DNA from: an uncultured Candidatus Entotheonella sp.
Lineage (GTDB): Bacteria; Tectomicrobia; Entotheonellia; Entotheonellales; Entotheonellaceae
Direction of reading: 5' to 3'
Assembly: GCA_965217185.1 (NCBI GenBank)
Contig: OZ244252.1
Span: 128,001 to 192,000 of the forward strand
DNA length: 64,000 bases
Within the stretch, counting starts at the first letter, position 1; every line of letters begins with the position of its first letter. Below, piece by piece: positions 33,464 to 44,042 of the stretch. Both the position numbers and the translations under genes were made by a program. The notes beneath the pieces are model-generated. The model ran no database searches. It saw nothing but the letters and a program-made list of their open reading frames with translations, and was not told the DNA's origin.

Positions 33464-33727
33464 TTATGGGGTTGGGTGTGTGAGGCCGTCGAACACCGTG
33501 CTGCGCAGGGCCATGCGGGCGCTCAGGAGGCCGGCCAGCAGGCCGTCTTCAAAATTGAACGTGGCATCGTCCGACACCTCGGGGTGGTCCTGGGGATCCT
33601 GCAACTCGTCCGGGCTGAGATGCGGCAGGATGTCCAGCGCCACGTCGCGTACCTTGTCGCGTTGCTGGCTGATCATGCGTTCGAGAACCTCTTCGACGTC
33701 GGTGAAGAGTTGTTGCAATTCGGGCAT
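33464..33727 (-). CDS. Hypothetical protein
   Basis: RBS GAGGAG; lies directly upstream of acs. Confidence 0.6.
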   Translation of the reverse strand: MPELQQLFTDVEEVLERMISQQRDKVRDVALDILPHLSPDELQDPQDHPEVSDDATFNFEDGLLAGLLSARMALRSTVFDGLTHPTP

Positions 33728-33953
33728 GGGGTCTCCTCAGAAAAGTCAATCGTCAGGGCGCCGCGCGGCGGGGGTCAGGCAAGGTCTGTCGGGGATTCCT
33801 GTTTATGTATTGCAGAGCGGCGCATCATAGCATATCCGCTCGCCGCCAAGGCCGCCGCGGGTTTTCCTTTGAAAGCGGTGGGCCAATAATCTAGGATAGT
33901 CGCCCGGTCAGGGAGCCTAGCCGAGAGCGTCCATCGTGTACGGGAGAATTTCT

Positions 33954-35564
33954 ATGGTGCAGACAGCGGTCAATTACATCCCGCTCACCCCCCTGAGTTT
34001 CCTCGCCCGCACTGCGAGCGTCTATCCTGACAAAACAGCCGTTGTCCACAACGATACGCGCTACACCTACCGGCAACTGCAGCATCGGGTGAACCGGCTG
34101 GCGACCGCTTTGCACGGCATCGGCGTGGTCAAGGGCGACCGCGTCGCCTTCCTGTGCCCCAACACCCCGCCCATGTTGGAGGCGCACTTCGGTGTGCCCT
34201 TGGCCGGGGCGATTCTGGTAGGCATCAATACCCGATTGTCGTCGCCGGAAATCGCCTACATTATCAACCATTCCGGTTGCAAGGTGCTGTGCGTCGACGC
34301 GGAATTGGCGGAGTTGATCCGCCCGGTGCGGGACCAGTTGACCAGCGTTGAGACGGTGGTCAACATCCTGGACGGCGATATCGGCGAGCCCCTGGATGAG
34401 GGGACGGATTACGAGTCGTTTCTGGCGACCGGCACGGACGCGCTGCTGGAAAGCCCGGTGCAGGACGAAAACGAGCCGATCAGCATCAATTACACCAGCG
34501 GCACTACCGGCAACCCCAAGGGGGTGCTGTACACGCACCGCAGCGGCTATTTGAACGCCATGACCGCGGCGCTGGAGGTCGGCATGAACTACCGCTCGAC
34601 CTACCTGTGGACGCTGCCCATGTTTCACTGCAACGGCTGGTGCTTCCCGTGGGGCGTGACCGCAGTGGCCGGTACGCACGTCTGCCTGCGGCGTCTGGAG
34701 CCGGCCAGGGTGTTCGACCTCATCGAAGCCGAAAAGGTCTCCCATTTGTGCGGTGCGCCCGTGGTGCTGATCTCTTTGGTCAACCATCCGCGCGCCAAAT
34801 CCGCCGTCTTTCCCCGCAAGCTGCATGTCGTCACCGCCGCAGCGCCGCCGTCCCCGACGGTCATTGCCAACATGGAGGCGCTCGGCGCCGAGATTTTCCA
34901 CGTCTACGGTCTCACCGAGACCTACGGTCCGCACAGCATTTGTGCCTGGCACGAGGAATGGGATGACCTGCCGGTTGACGAGCGTGCCCGCAAAAAGGCG
35001 CGGCAGGGCGTGCCTTACATCGCCGCCGGCGAGATGCGTGTGGTGGACGACAACATGCGCGACGTGCCCGCCGATGCCGAAACCCTCGGCGAGGTGGTGA
35101 TGCGCGGCAACAACGTCATGCTCGGCTACTACGAGCAGCCCGAGGTGACTGCCGAAGCCTTCCGCGGCGGCTGGTTCCACAGCGGCGACCTGGCCGTCAT
35201 GCACCCGGACGGCTACGTGGAGCTGCGGGACCGCAAGAAGGACATCATCATCAGCGGCGGCGAGAATATCTCGACCATCGAGGTGGAGAACACCATCTAC
35301 CGGCACCCGGACGTGCAGGAGGTGTCGGTCATCGCCATCCCGGACGAAAAATGGGGCGAGGTGCCCAAGGCGTTCGTGGTGCCCAAGCCGGGCACGCAGC
35401 CGACGGAGGCCGACATCATCCAGTTCTGCCGCGACCACATAGCGCACTTCAAGTGCCCGAAGGCGGTGGAATTCGGCGACTTGCCAAAAACCTCTACCGG
35501 CAAGGTGAAGAAATTCGCGCTGCGGGAGAAAGAGTGGAAGGGGCTTGAGACCCGCATCAACTAG
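33954..35564 (+). CDS. Acyl-CoA synthetase (AMP-forming)
   Basis: YTSGTTGNPKG, YGLTETY, DRKKDIIISGGENI and PKTSTGK. Confidence 0.93.
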   Translation: MVQTAVNYIPLTPLSFLARTASVYPDKTAVVHNDTRYTYRQLQHRVNRLATALHGIGVVKGDRVAFLCPNTPPMLEAHFGVPLAGAILVGINTRLSSPEIAYIINHSGCKVLCVDAELAELIRPVRDQLTSVETVVNILDGDIGEPLDEGTDYESFLATGTDALLESPVQDENEPISINYTSGTTGNPKGVLYTHRSGYLNAMTAALEVGMNYRSTYLWTLPMFHCNGWCFPWGVTAVAGTHVCLRRLEPARVFDLIEAEKVSHLCGAPVVLISLVNHPRAKSAVFPRKLHVVTAAAPPSPTVIANMEALGAEIFHVYGLTETYGPHSICAWHEEWDDLPVDERARKKARQGVPYIAAGEMRVVDDNMRDVPADAETLGEVVMRGNNVMLGYYEQPEVTAEAFRGGWFHSGDLAVMHPDGYVELRDRKKDIIISGGENISTIEVENTIYRHPDVQEVSVIAIPDEKWGEVPKAFVVPKPGTQPTEADIIQFCRDHIAHFKCPKAVEFGDLPKTSTGKVKKFALREKEWKGLETRIN

Positions 35565-35614
35565 ACCGAACCGGCGCGCGGCGTCTTGCCGCTACGTGTC
35601 AGGAGGAGCCTGCT

Positions 35615-36505
35615 ATGGACGTTCTGTCGTTTTCGAAGGTGCCGACGCTGAAGCGTCCCACCCTCTTGCTCGCCTTTGCCGGGTGGAACGACGCCGGGAA
35701 CGCCGCGACGTTCGCCGCCAAATTCCTTCTGCAACGCCTGCAGGGCCAGAATTTCGCCACCCTGGACCCGGAGATTTTCTACAACTTTTCCGAACAACGC
35801 CCGCACGTGCGCTTTAGCGGCGGCGAGCGGGAAATCATCTGGCCGGCGAATGAGTTCGCCTACGCCAGCGATCCACAACTGGCGCAGGACGTCATCATTG
35901 CGCTGGGCGTCGAGCCCCACCTGCAATGGCGCCGGTATATCGATTCGGTGCTGCACGTGATTGAGGAATGCGGGGTGGAGTTGGTCGTCACCCTCGGCGC
36001 GCTGCTCGCCGACGTCGCCTATGCCAAGCCAATACGGCTGACCGGTTCCGCCAGCGACGCGGAATTGGCGCAGCGCCTGCATCTGTCGCCCTCCCGCTAC
36101 GAAGGCCCAACCGGCATCGTCGGCGTCCTGCACGACACCTGCCGCCGCCGCGGTTTTCCCGCCCTCAGCATCTGGGCCAACGTGCCTCACTACATCGCCG
36201 CCACGCCCAACGTCAAGGCCGCCCTGGCCATCGTCCAGCGGGTGCTCCGGCTGCTCGATTTCAGCACGGATTTAAGCGATCTCGAGCGCGCTGCCGGTGA
36301 GTTCGACCGCCGCGTCAGCGATGTTCTGGCCAGTGATCCCAAGGTTGCCGAATACGTCCGCCGCCTCGAAGAGCGCGATGAGGATGAGGAGGACGAAGAT
36401 GACGAGATCGACAATACCAACGACCTGCCCAGCGGCGACGAACTCGCCCGCGAACTCGAAGCCTTCCTCCGCGAGCAGCGCCGCGAGCAGGATGATGAGG
36501 AATAG
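35615..36505 (+). CDS. PAC2 family protein (second paralog)
   Basis: FAGWNDAG, GVEPHLQW, YEGPTG and WANVPHY. Confidence 0.88.
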   Translation: MDVLSFSKVPTLKRPTLLLAFAGWNDAGNAATFAAKFLLQRLQGQNFATLDPEIFYNFSEQRPHVRFSGGEREIIWPANEFAYASDPQLAQDVIIALGVEPHLQWRRYIDSVLHVIEECGVELVVTLGALLADVAYAKPIRLTGSASDAELAQRLHLSPSRYEGPTGIVGVLHDTCRRRGFPALSIWANVPHYIAATPNVKAALAIVQRVLRLLDFSTDLSDLERAAGEFDRRVSDVLASDPKVAEYVRRLEERDEDEEDEDDEIDNTNDLPSGDELARELEAFLREQRREQDDEE

Positions 36506-36529
36506 GGTAGGCGGCGGGGCCGGCGCCCG

Positions 36530-37939
36530 TCAGACGCCGTCGATCACGGGCATTTCCACTTTCGAGGAAGCTATCTCACCTGCCAGGGCGTAGAGACCGG
36601 CTTGCGTCACGCGCACCGGCACCAACTGGCCGATGCAGGATGGATCGGCGGGGAAGTTGATGATCTTGTTGGTGCGGGTGCGACCGGTCAGCCTGGTGGG
36701 GTCTTTCTTGCTGGGTCCTTCCACCAGAACTTCGTAGGTTCCCCCTTCGTAAACCAGATTCGCGGCCAGAGAGATGCGCTTCTGCATGTTCAGGAGGCCG
36801 TCGAAGCGGCGTTTCTTGTCCGCGTGCGGCACCTGATCGGGCAGGCTGGGGGCGATAGTGCCGGGGCGTTCGGAGTAGTTGAACAGGTAGATGGCGTCGA
36901 AGCGTACCAACTCCAGCATGCGGCGCGTTTCCAGAAACTCTTCTTCGGTCTCGCCCGGAAATCCCACGATGACGTCGGTCGATAGCGCCAGGTTGGGCAC
37001 CGCTTCCCGGATGCGGGCGATGAGGTCGCGGTAGCCCTCGGCGGTGTAGCCGCGGCGCATCAACTTGAGGATACGGTCGGCGCCGGCCTGGAAGGGCAGG
37101 TGGAGGAATTCGCAGACTTTGTCCAGCCCGGCCATGGCGTCGATGAGGCGCTGGGTGAAATCCAGCGGGTGGGAGGTGACGAACCGGATGCGCTCGATAC
37201 CCGACACTTCCTGCACGGCTTCGAGCAGGGCGGCAAAATCGGAGCGGTGCGGGCGGAAGTCGCTGCCGTAGGCGTTGACGTTTTGCCCGACCAGGGTGAC
37301 CTCGCGGTAACCGGCGTCGGCCAGGCCGCGTATTTCGTCTAAAATGACCGGCATCGGGCGGCTGACCTGCGGCCCGCGCGTGTCCGGCACGACACAGAAC
37401 GAACAGCGCTTGTTGCAGCCGTGCATGACGCTGACGAACGCCGTCACCCGGCTGGCGCGCTGCACGGGCAAGGCGCCGAGGTCGCCGTCGAGCACCTTGT
37501 CGGTAATCTCCAGAACGGGTTCGCCCGCCGTCTCCACCTGCTGCACCAGGTCCAGCACGCGGCTGACGTTCAGGGTGCCGAAGACCAGGTCGACGTACGG
37601 CGCCCGCTCCAGAATTTCTCCCCTGGCGCGCTGCGCGATGCAGCCGCACACGCCGATCATCATGCCCGGGCGCTGCTGCTTGAGGCGACGCAGGCGGCCC
37701 AGTTCACTGTAAAATTTCTGCTCCGCCTTCTCGCGGATGCTGCACGTGTTCATCAGCACCAGGTCGGCCTGTTGCGCGTCCGGCGTGAGTTCGTAGCCGC
37801 CATGCCTGAGCACCCCGGCCATGCGCTCCGAGTCGTACACGTTCATCTGGCAGCCGTAGGTGATGATGGAAAGTTTCTTCGTCGAAGCACCCTCCTCTTG
37901 AGGGAGGGGCTGGGGAGGGGAAATGGTCTTCGTTGTCAT
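36530..37939 (-). CDS. miaB: tRNA-2-methylthio-N6-dimethylallyladenosine synthase
   Basis: TYGCQMN.YDSE, NTCSIREKAE, CNKRCSFC and C-terminal TRAM domain. Confidence 0.96.
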   Translation of the reverse strand: MTTKTISPPQPLPQEEGASTKKLSIITYGCQMNVYDSERMAGVLRHGGYELTPDAQQADLVLMNTCSIREKAEQKFYSELGRLRRLKQQRPGMMIGVCGCIAQRARGEILERAPYVDLVFGTLNVSRVLDLVQQVETAGEPVLEITDKVLDGDLGALPVQRASRVTAFVSVMHGCNKRCSFCVVPDTRGPQVSRPMPVILDEIRGLADAGYREVTLVGQNVNAYGSDFRPHRSDFAALLEAVQEVSGIERIRFVTSHPLDFTQRLIDAMAGLDKVCEFLHLPFQAGADRILKLMRRGYTAEGYRDLIARIREAVPNLALSTDVIVGFPGETEEEFLETRRMLELVRFDAIYLFNYSERPGTIAPSLPDQVPHADKKRRFDGLLNMQKRISLAANLVYEGGTYEVLVEGPSKKDPTRLTGRTRTNKIINFPADPSCIGQLVPVRVTQAGLYALAGEIASSKVEMPVIDGV

Positions 37940-37995
37940 GCGGTGTTCCTCAGGTGGGGTATGGCGTTGTACCTCGCGCGTTTCGACACGCCGCT

Positions 37996-38415
37996 TCACG
38001 GCAATTCGACCGAATGCTGCCAGCAAACGTCGTTGAAATCACGTTTATTGAAAGTCAGCATTGCGGTAACGGCAACGTTCGTATCTTCAATAATCGCACG
38101 GAGTACGGCGTCGACGAGGCTGAGCGGTCGATGCGCTTTCCTTGTCACCGCCTGATACGCCTCGACTCGATACGGCGAATCATCGAGCAACTCCGTGTTG
38201 TCAGACGTGATGATGGCATCAAACTGCGCCATGATTCCGCGTCTCCGGGAAAAGCGGGTATTGACCGTTTCATAAAGCACCGGCCACGGCAGAATGATGG
38301 CGTACACGTCCAAAAGTTTCTGTTTCTCTTGCGCTTCAGGGTGATATGAGTCCCGCTCATCATACAGGGCAATAAAAAAACCGGTATCGACCAACAATCC
38401 TTGGCCTTGACTCAT
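37996..38415 (-). CDS. PIN-domain (VapC-like) ribonuclease
   Basis: VDTGFFIAL....D..H, LYE, SLVD and TFN.RDF PIN motifs. Confidence 0.85.
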   Translation of the reverse strand: MSQGQGLLVDTGFFIALYDERDSYHPEAQEKQKLLDVYAIILPWPVLYETVNTRFSRRRGIMAQFDAIITSDNTELLDDSPYRVEAYQAVTRKAHRPLSLVDAVLRAIIEDTNVAVTAMLTFNKRDFNDVCWQHSVELP

Positions 38416-38738
38416 TGGGTATCGCCCAGGTCTTCTTCGGTTTCATCCTTGTCGCCGAAGCCCTCCCAAGGCGCGCCCTTTCGGTGTCCGATGAGATAGC
38501 GCCCGGAAATTTTCGCCTCTTTTTTGTAGATGACGTATATCCTGGAACGTTTGTTCAGGGCAACCACACTCTCGATGTCGCCCTTCAGAGAAGCCGGAAG
38601 GTCGCCGTCATGGGTGAACTGCAAATACGCGACACTGCCGCCGCATTCCTTGGCGCCGTGGTTGTCCAGCCACGCATACATGCCTTCGTAATCACCGTTC
38701 ACGCCCAGATCATACGACAGCCAGATCGTGCTCTTCAC
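38412..38738 (-). CDS. Uncharacterised 'YDL' protein (possible Cas2/VapD-like fold), partner of the PIN gene
   Basis: GTG start with RBS, IWLSYDLG N-terminal strand, acidic tail, ATGA overlap with the PIN gene. Confidence 0.7.
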   Translation of the reverse strand: MKSTIWLSYDLGVNGDYEGMYAWLDNHGAKECGGSVAYLQFTHDGDLPASLKGDIESVVALNKRSRIYVIYKKEAKISGRYLIGHRKGAPWEGFGDKDETEEDLGDTQ

Positions 38739-38814
38739 CGTTTTCTCCTCTCGCCGTCGTCAACCGCTTCGGCCCGCAGCCCCGGTGCCGGCTTCCTGTC
38801 AGCAGAGGCTGAAC

Positions 38815-38916
38815 TCATCGCGAGCGCAGCACGCCGACGCGCTTGCAAAACGACGGCACCGGGCACTGGCCGCACAGTGGTGAGGTCGGCTTGCAACAGT
38901 GCTGGCCCAGCGCCAC
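38815..38916 (-). pseudogene. Duplicated 3' end of nth
   Basis: Encodes VALGQHCCKPTSPLCGQCPVPSFCKRVGVLRSR*; 12 mismatches in 102 nt versus 44969-45070. Confidence 0.9.
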
Positions 38917-38993
38917 GCGCGCAGCCGTATTTGGAAAGTGTCTGTGGAGGATAGCGTTGAACCTTGCGCAAATCGATACGCCGTCTCAAGCAA

Positions 38994-39239
38994 CTTGATC
39001 GCATGCTGCCCGGCAGACATCGTTGTAAGTCAATATCGCGGCAACGTTTGTATCTTTAGTCGTCGCACGCAGCATGGCATCGACGCGGCCCACCGGTCAA
39101 CTCCGCGTTGTCCGACGTCATGATGGCATCGAACTGCGCCATGATCCGGCGTCTCCGGGAAAAGCGTGTGTTGATCGTCTCATAAAGCACCGGCCACGGC
39201 AGAACGATGGCGTACACACCCAACAGTTTCTGTTTCTCT
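38994..39239 (-). pseudogene. Degenerate second copy of the PIN gene
   Basis: Aligns to ~38010-38328 with internal deletions; 5' end missing. Confidence 0.8.
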
Positions 39240-39429
39240 GTTCCACGGCTATACCATACCAGTGCGCGGCCTCACCGAAAACATCCATCCCGATAAGGTC
39301 GTTATGGCAAATCGGCACGGCCTAGTTGCGGTGGCAGGCGGAAAAGAAATGCCTTGGCAAGTTTTCGGGCTTGTCAGGGCATCCTTGCATGGGGAGCCGT
39401 GCAGGTATGACGAGTTCCCTCGTCAACTT

Positions 39430-40308
39430 GTAGAGTCGGCGACTGGCGCGGTGGCGGTAGGCGAACGGGGGTAGCTGTTCCCGGCAGCTTTCGCAATGCC
39501 GGTGCCTCACTCCTCGCCGTGGCTCCGTTTCCAGTCGCCGCTCTCCGAACCGGACAGGCGGATTTACCGCATCCGGCTCTCCAGTGGGATCATGCGTCTC
39601 GCACACGGAACACCCTGGCAACCGCGGGCAGCAGGTAATCGGACTTGCGGGAGCGGCACAGCTTCCGCCCTGCGGCGCGCGTTGCGTTCAGTGGGTCGTC
39701 GAGCCTGTTGACGCCTCGACGACCCCGCGCCTAAAGGCACGGTTCCTTCACTTGGGCATGTGATGCTGCCGGGTTTTCTGGTCATCATTCGGGGTAATAG
39801 GCATAGCCACTCCCGTGACCCTTCTCCCTTTGGACATCGCTCCTCACATGAGGCCCCTTCCCTCCGCCGGCGTTACCCGGCTTCACCGGTACTGCAAGCC
39901 TCTCCGCCACCCTGCCGGCCCGACCTGACCCTCGCGGGCTGTCGGTTGGCGCGTGCCACGCCACCGGACAGGGCTTCCCGTGTTGCGTCCATTCCCCTCT
40001 TCCATGCGTGCTGCCGCCAATACCCCGGCGGAACCCGTCGGTGCATGTGTCGCTCGCTTCCCGACAGGTAGCAGCCTTCCCCGTTATCAGGGCGGGTCGG
40101 CTTCCGCATCACCGCTTTCGAGGCCTGCTCGACGTTCACTCACGTTGCGGCCCGCATGGTCGCTAAGCCGCCCTTGGCGGCCCGTTGCGTCGGAGTTGCT
40201 TCAGACGATGTCGTTGCCTCCATCATCCGCTCCGACTGCTACCGGCTGGAACGACAGTTGCCGGGCGGGATTCGCACCCGCTGAAGAATGGCGCCTTCCA
40301 CGGCGCAC
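39430..40308 (-). mobile_element. Group II intron lacking an intact RT/maturase ORF
   Basis: 5' GTGCG at 40308; domain V GAGCCGGATGCGGTAAATCCGCCTGTCCGGTTC (39547-39579); domain VI ending ...CTCTAC at 39430; only 879 nt. Confidence 0.88.
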
Positions 40309-40358
40309 CTGATAACCCCGCGTTATGTTGCCTTTGGCAAGCCTCGGCTTGCCAAACA

Positions 40359-41943
40359 CTAGCGGTAAGTCTGCCCATTGGTAGCGTCCAAGTAAATCCG
40401 ATTGCTCATATGCAGACCGCCGCAATATGTGAAGTACACCGACCTACCACGGGTAGTTGATCGTACCCATCCGCCCATTTCCTCAAAGTCTGCGATCATG
40501 CACTGTTGCTGTGAAATCAGTTGCTTTGCCGCCTCCAGAAATCTTGAGTTGTACCTGTGAAAGTCGTCAGATTTGCTTATTGCTCTATCCAATGGAGATG
40601 CAGAAGAGCGAACATGCACGGCATTGTCAGCAAGTTTAGTTTGAGATAGGTATGCAACTGCCACCCAACGGGCTACTTCGACAGATGCTCCTTCGACGAA
40701 TCCGTCGTAGTATTGAGAAATACGAGCCCATCCCCCTTGCACCTCCAGAACGTCCACCTTTTGTCCACGGTCTAGGGCCTGTTGACATTCACATAGTTTC
40801 TCGGCTGTAATGGAAGGGAATACAACCCCAATCCATACCAGCCAAGAGGAGGTGGGCGCATGGTGCGAAGAATCCTCAGCGACTCGCAATGGGCGCGTGT
40901 GGCGCTGCTGTTACCCGGAAAGGACGGCGATCCTGGACGATCCGCAAGAGACAATCGGGAGTTCCTCGAAGCCGTTTTGTGGATTGCTCGTACCGGTTCG
41001 CCGTGGCGTGACTTGCCCGACGAGTTCGGGCTGTGGAACTCGGTCTTTCAACGCTTCCGCAGGTGGGCACTCAAAGGCGTCTTCGAGCGCGTTTTCAAGG
41101 TCTTGTCGGTCGATGCCGACTTCGAGTACGTGCTCATCGACGGCACCATCGTGCGCCTCCATCAACACGGTGCCGGGGCAAAAGGGGGACCCAAAGCCAA
41201 GCCATCGGTCGCTCGCGAGGGGGGCCAAGCACGAAGATCAGCGTGATGGTCGACGCCCTGGGCAACTTGGTGGATTTTGTGCTGCTGCCGGGCCAGCGCC
41301 ATGATTTGATCGGTGTTGCTGCCTTGCTTGATGGCGTCGAGTTCGAGGCGCTGATTGCAGACCGGGCCTACGACAGCAACGCCCTGCGCGACGAGTTGAA
41401 AGAGCGCGGTGCGACGGCGGTGATTCCCCCCAGATCGAATCGCGTCGATGAGATCGACTACGACCGGGAGATGTACAAGTGGCGTCATCTGGTGGAGAAT
41501 TTCTTTTGTAACCTCAAGCAGTTCCGTCGTCTTGCGATGCGTTTTGAGAAGACGGATGTGAGCTACGCCGCGATGATACATGTGGTGAGTTCTCGCTTGG
41601 CACTTGCCTAAATGTCAACAGGCCCTAATGCATTGGTTATTTTTCCAGAGAGACTGGGCGCAAGTCGGACGTTTAACCGGTCGGCTGTGACGTATGCCAC
41701 ACCAACATGAGTTGCCTCTCCGTCATTCTTCTCCACAGCACTTGCTACTACCGCCTCAAATTGCGCGTCGGCCAAGGCTTTCTCCTGTTTCTCTATGGTA
41801 TTCGCCACTGCTGCGTCGAAATCCAGCTGGCGCTGCAAATCAGTTGAGTTATCGTCACCAGAACTTGAACAACCAGCCATCACAGCGCAGAGCGCGACGG
41901 CCGAACAAACCACCATCACGCTGCGAGTCAATGTCAGCATCAT
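40359..41943 (-). pseudogene. SH3-domain lipoprotein interrupted by an IS5-family element
   Basis: Lipobox MAGC; removing the IS rejoins ADRLNVRLAPSLSGKITNAL|DRGQKVDVLEVQGGWARIS. Confidence 0.85.
40775..41625 (+). mobile_element. IS5 family (IS427-like group) insertion sequence
   Basis: Perfect IR GGGCCTGTTGACATT/AATGTCAACAGGCCC, TA target duplication, orfA 40860-41246 and orfB to 41611 with likely -1 frameshift at GCAAAAGGGGG. Confidence 0.93.
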
Positions 41944-42046
41944 GGAATCTATTCTCCTGCCTATCCGATAGGTGTCAGAGGGGCTTTGGTTTACGACCCA
42001 GCCCCAGAGTTCGGCGAAATGCAGGTCGCCACCTTGTATCAAAAGG

Positions 42047-42355
42047 CTATGTCTGGGATTTATGCCACCGTTTGATCAGATGAGCTGGATACTCACGGTA
42101 GTCACGTAGCACGGTCTCGGCATACATGTGTTGGTCAAGAAGGTCGTCATCGTCACGACGGACGGTTAAGGTGGGCTTTGGCACGTCACGAGAGATGATC
42201 TCCCCATGTGCAGCCTCGAACACCGCCTCACAGTCGTAATCTTGGGAAGTGCCGGATGGCGGGTTTGCAAGCTCGACATCAAAAATAACCTTTTCCGGGT
42301 CGTCTCGTTTCGTATAAACGGCAAAAATCATGTCTTGTCCCCTATTCGGAGCCAC
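42047..42355 (-). CDS. Hypothetical protein (lower GC)
   Basis: ORF only; start uncertain. Confidence 0.45.
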   Translation of the reverse strand: MAPNRGQDMIFAVYTKRDDPEKVIFDVELANPPSGTSQDYDCEAVFEAAHGEIISRDVPKPTLTVRRDDDDLLDQHMYAETVLRDYREYPAHLIKRWHKSQT

Positions 42356-42547
42356 GCCGAAGCGTTGCGCGGTAAACCGCGACGCCTTTAACCTCGCAGA
42401 AACCTATCTTGCCATCGAGTGTTGAGCAACCTCAGACAGGCGTGATTAAATCCGTGTAATCTCTTTATTTTTGGCCGCAAGCAACCCCCACAATGAACGC
42501 AAAAACAATCACTGGGAAAAACAATCGTTGGTTCCGATAAACCCTTG

Positions 42548-43835
42548 GGGCATCTCGAAAAATGCCTCGTGGATAGTCATAGATGGCGAGAGTGGCAATT
42601 CGCTGGCATGTCGGTGAGAAAATGAACTCGGCTGTCCAGGGGGACTGCCTCCCAGCAAGGAGGATTCGCCTTCCAATGAGGGCCTCCGGTGCACCCTTCC
42701 GCACCGTTGGCGCTCAACTGGCGCTCGCAAGGCGTTGTAATTGAATCAGGCGACGCATGTTGTAGGCAAGGTTCTTAAGACCTATCCGCGCCCTCGCCCG
42801 TACGAGCCCGATGCTGCGAACCAACGTCCCGCCCATGTCGTTTTGCTGCGCCCCGAAGACATGCTCTACCCGTGCTCGAAACCGTGAACGACTCTGGTTG
42901 CCCGCCTTCTCCCAATCACGCAACGGACGGTTGCGATAGCCCTTGCGATGAATCCGACTCCTCAAACCCCTGGCCTTCAGCGTCGCTTCAATGGCTTTGG
43001 ACCGCTAGGCGCTGTCCGCCCAGACACCGCTTGCCGTGTTGTCCGACGTAAGCAACTCCTCAATCACTTGGCTGTCGTGCACCGCCGCATCCGTCACCCG
43101 GTAACGCCGTATCAGCTTGTGCCGACGGTCGATGGTGACGTGATTCTTGTAGCCATAGTGGCTCTTGCCGTGCTTCTTCGTCCAGCGCGCATCCCTGTCC
43201 TTTTGTCGACGCTTGGCTGGCTTGTCGGCCCAGGCCTCAGGTGTCTCACCCCGTTTGATCTGCTCATTGTCGTCACGACGATTGCGTTGCATGGGAACCG
43301 CGACAATCGAAGCATCGATGATCTGGCCACCCATCGCCTGGTAGCCCTGGCTTTTCAGGTAGCCGTCGAAATCCTCGAACAAGGCATCGATGAGGCCGGC
43401 CTGTGACAACTGTTCGCGGTAGAGCCACACCGTCTTGGCATCGGGCACCTTGTCTTCGAGTGTCAAGGCCAAGAAGCGCACAAAGGACAGGCGGTCGCGC
43501 ATCTGATACTCGACCTGGTCGTCCGACAGATTGTAGAGGGCGCACAAAATGATGGCCTTGAACATGACGATGGCATCCCACGGCTTGCACCCCGCATTGG
43601 ACTTGCGCTTGTCGGCTGGCTTGCGCCAGACTCTCTCCAGGCGGCTGCGGAACGCTTCCCACGGAACGGCAGCGTTGACCTTCACCAGGGGATCGTTTTT
43701 GGCGTCCAGAGCGGCGTAGCGATTCTCGATATCGAAAAAGCCCATCTGAGCCATGTTGCACTCCTCCGGCCTTGTTGGTTGACGTGTTTCAGTGATTCTA
43801 AACCACGTGGGAGATGGGTATTATTAGAGATGCCC
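42548..43835 (-). mobile_element. IS5 family insertion sequence with an inactivated transposase
   Basis: Imperfect IRs GGGCATCTCGAAAAATGCC/GGTATTATTAGAGATGCCC; flanks CTTG/CTTA; transposase 43754-42714 with in-frame TAG at 43005-43007 (ADSA*RS). Confidence 0.9.
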
Positions 43836-44042
43836 CTTATATGTAAACTTTTCCGGATGCGGAAACCCTTGTAGATACTAGCCTTACGCGATTTCGCGAC
43901 ACAGGTCCACAGAACGCCCCACCGCGAGCTTCGAATCGGCCTTTTTTGGCCTTAAACGGTGGGGAGAGAGCCGCGGGAGACGCCGCCCTGCGGCCCCCGG
44001 GTGGGGAATGCCGAGCGGCCGCTCGGCAGCGGAATCGCATGC

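Noticed and set aside
40309..42547. Low-GC gene run as an integron cassette array
   Set aside because: No integrase and no convincing paired RYYYAAC/GTTRRRY attC sites could be identified by eye.
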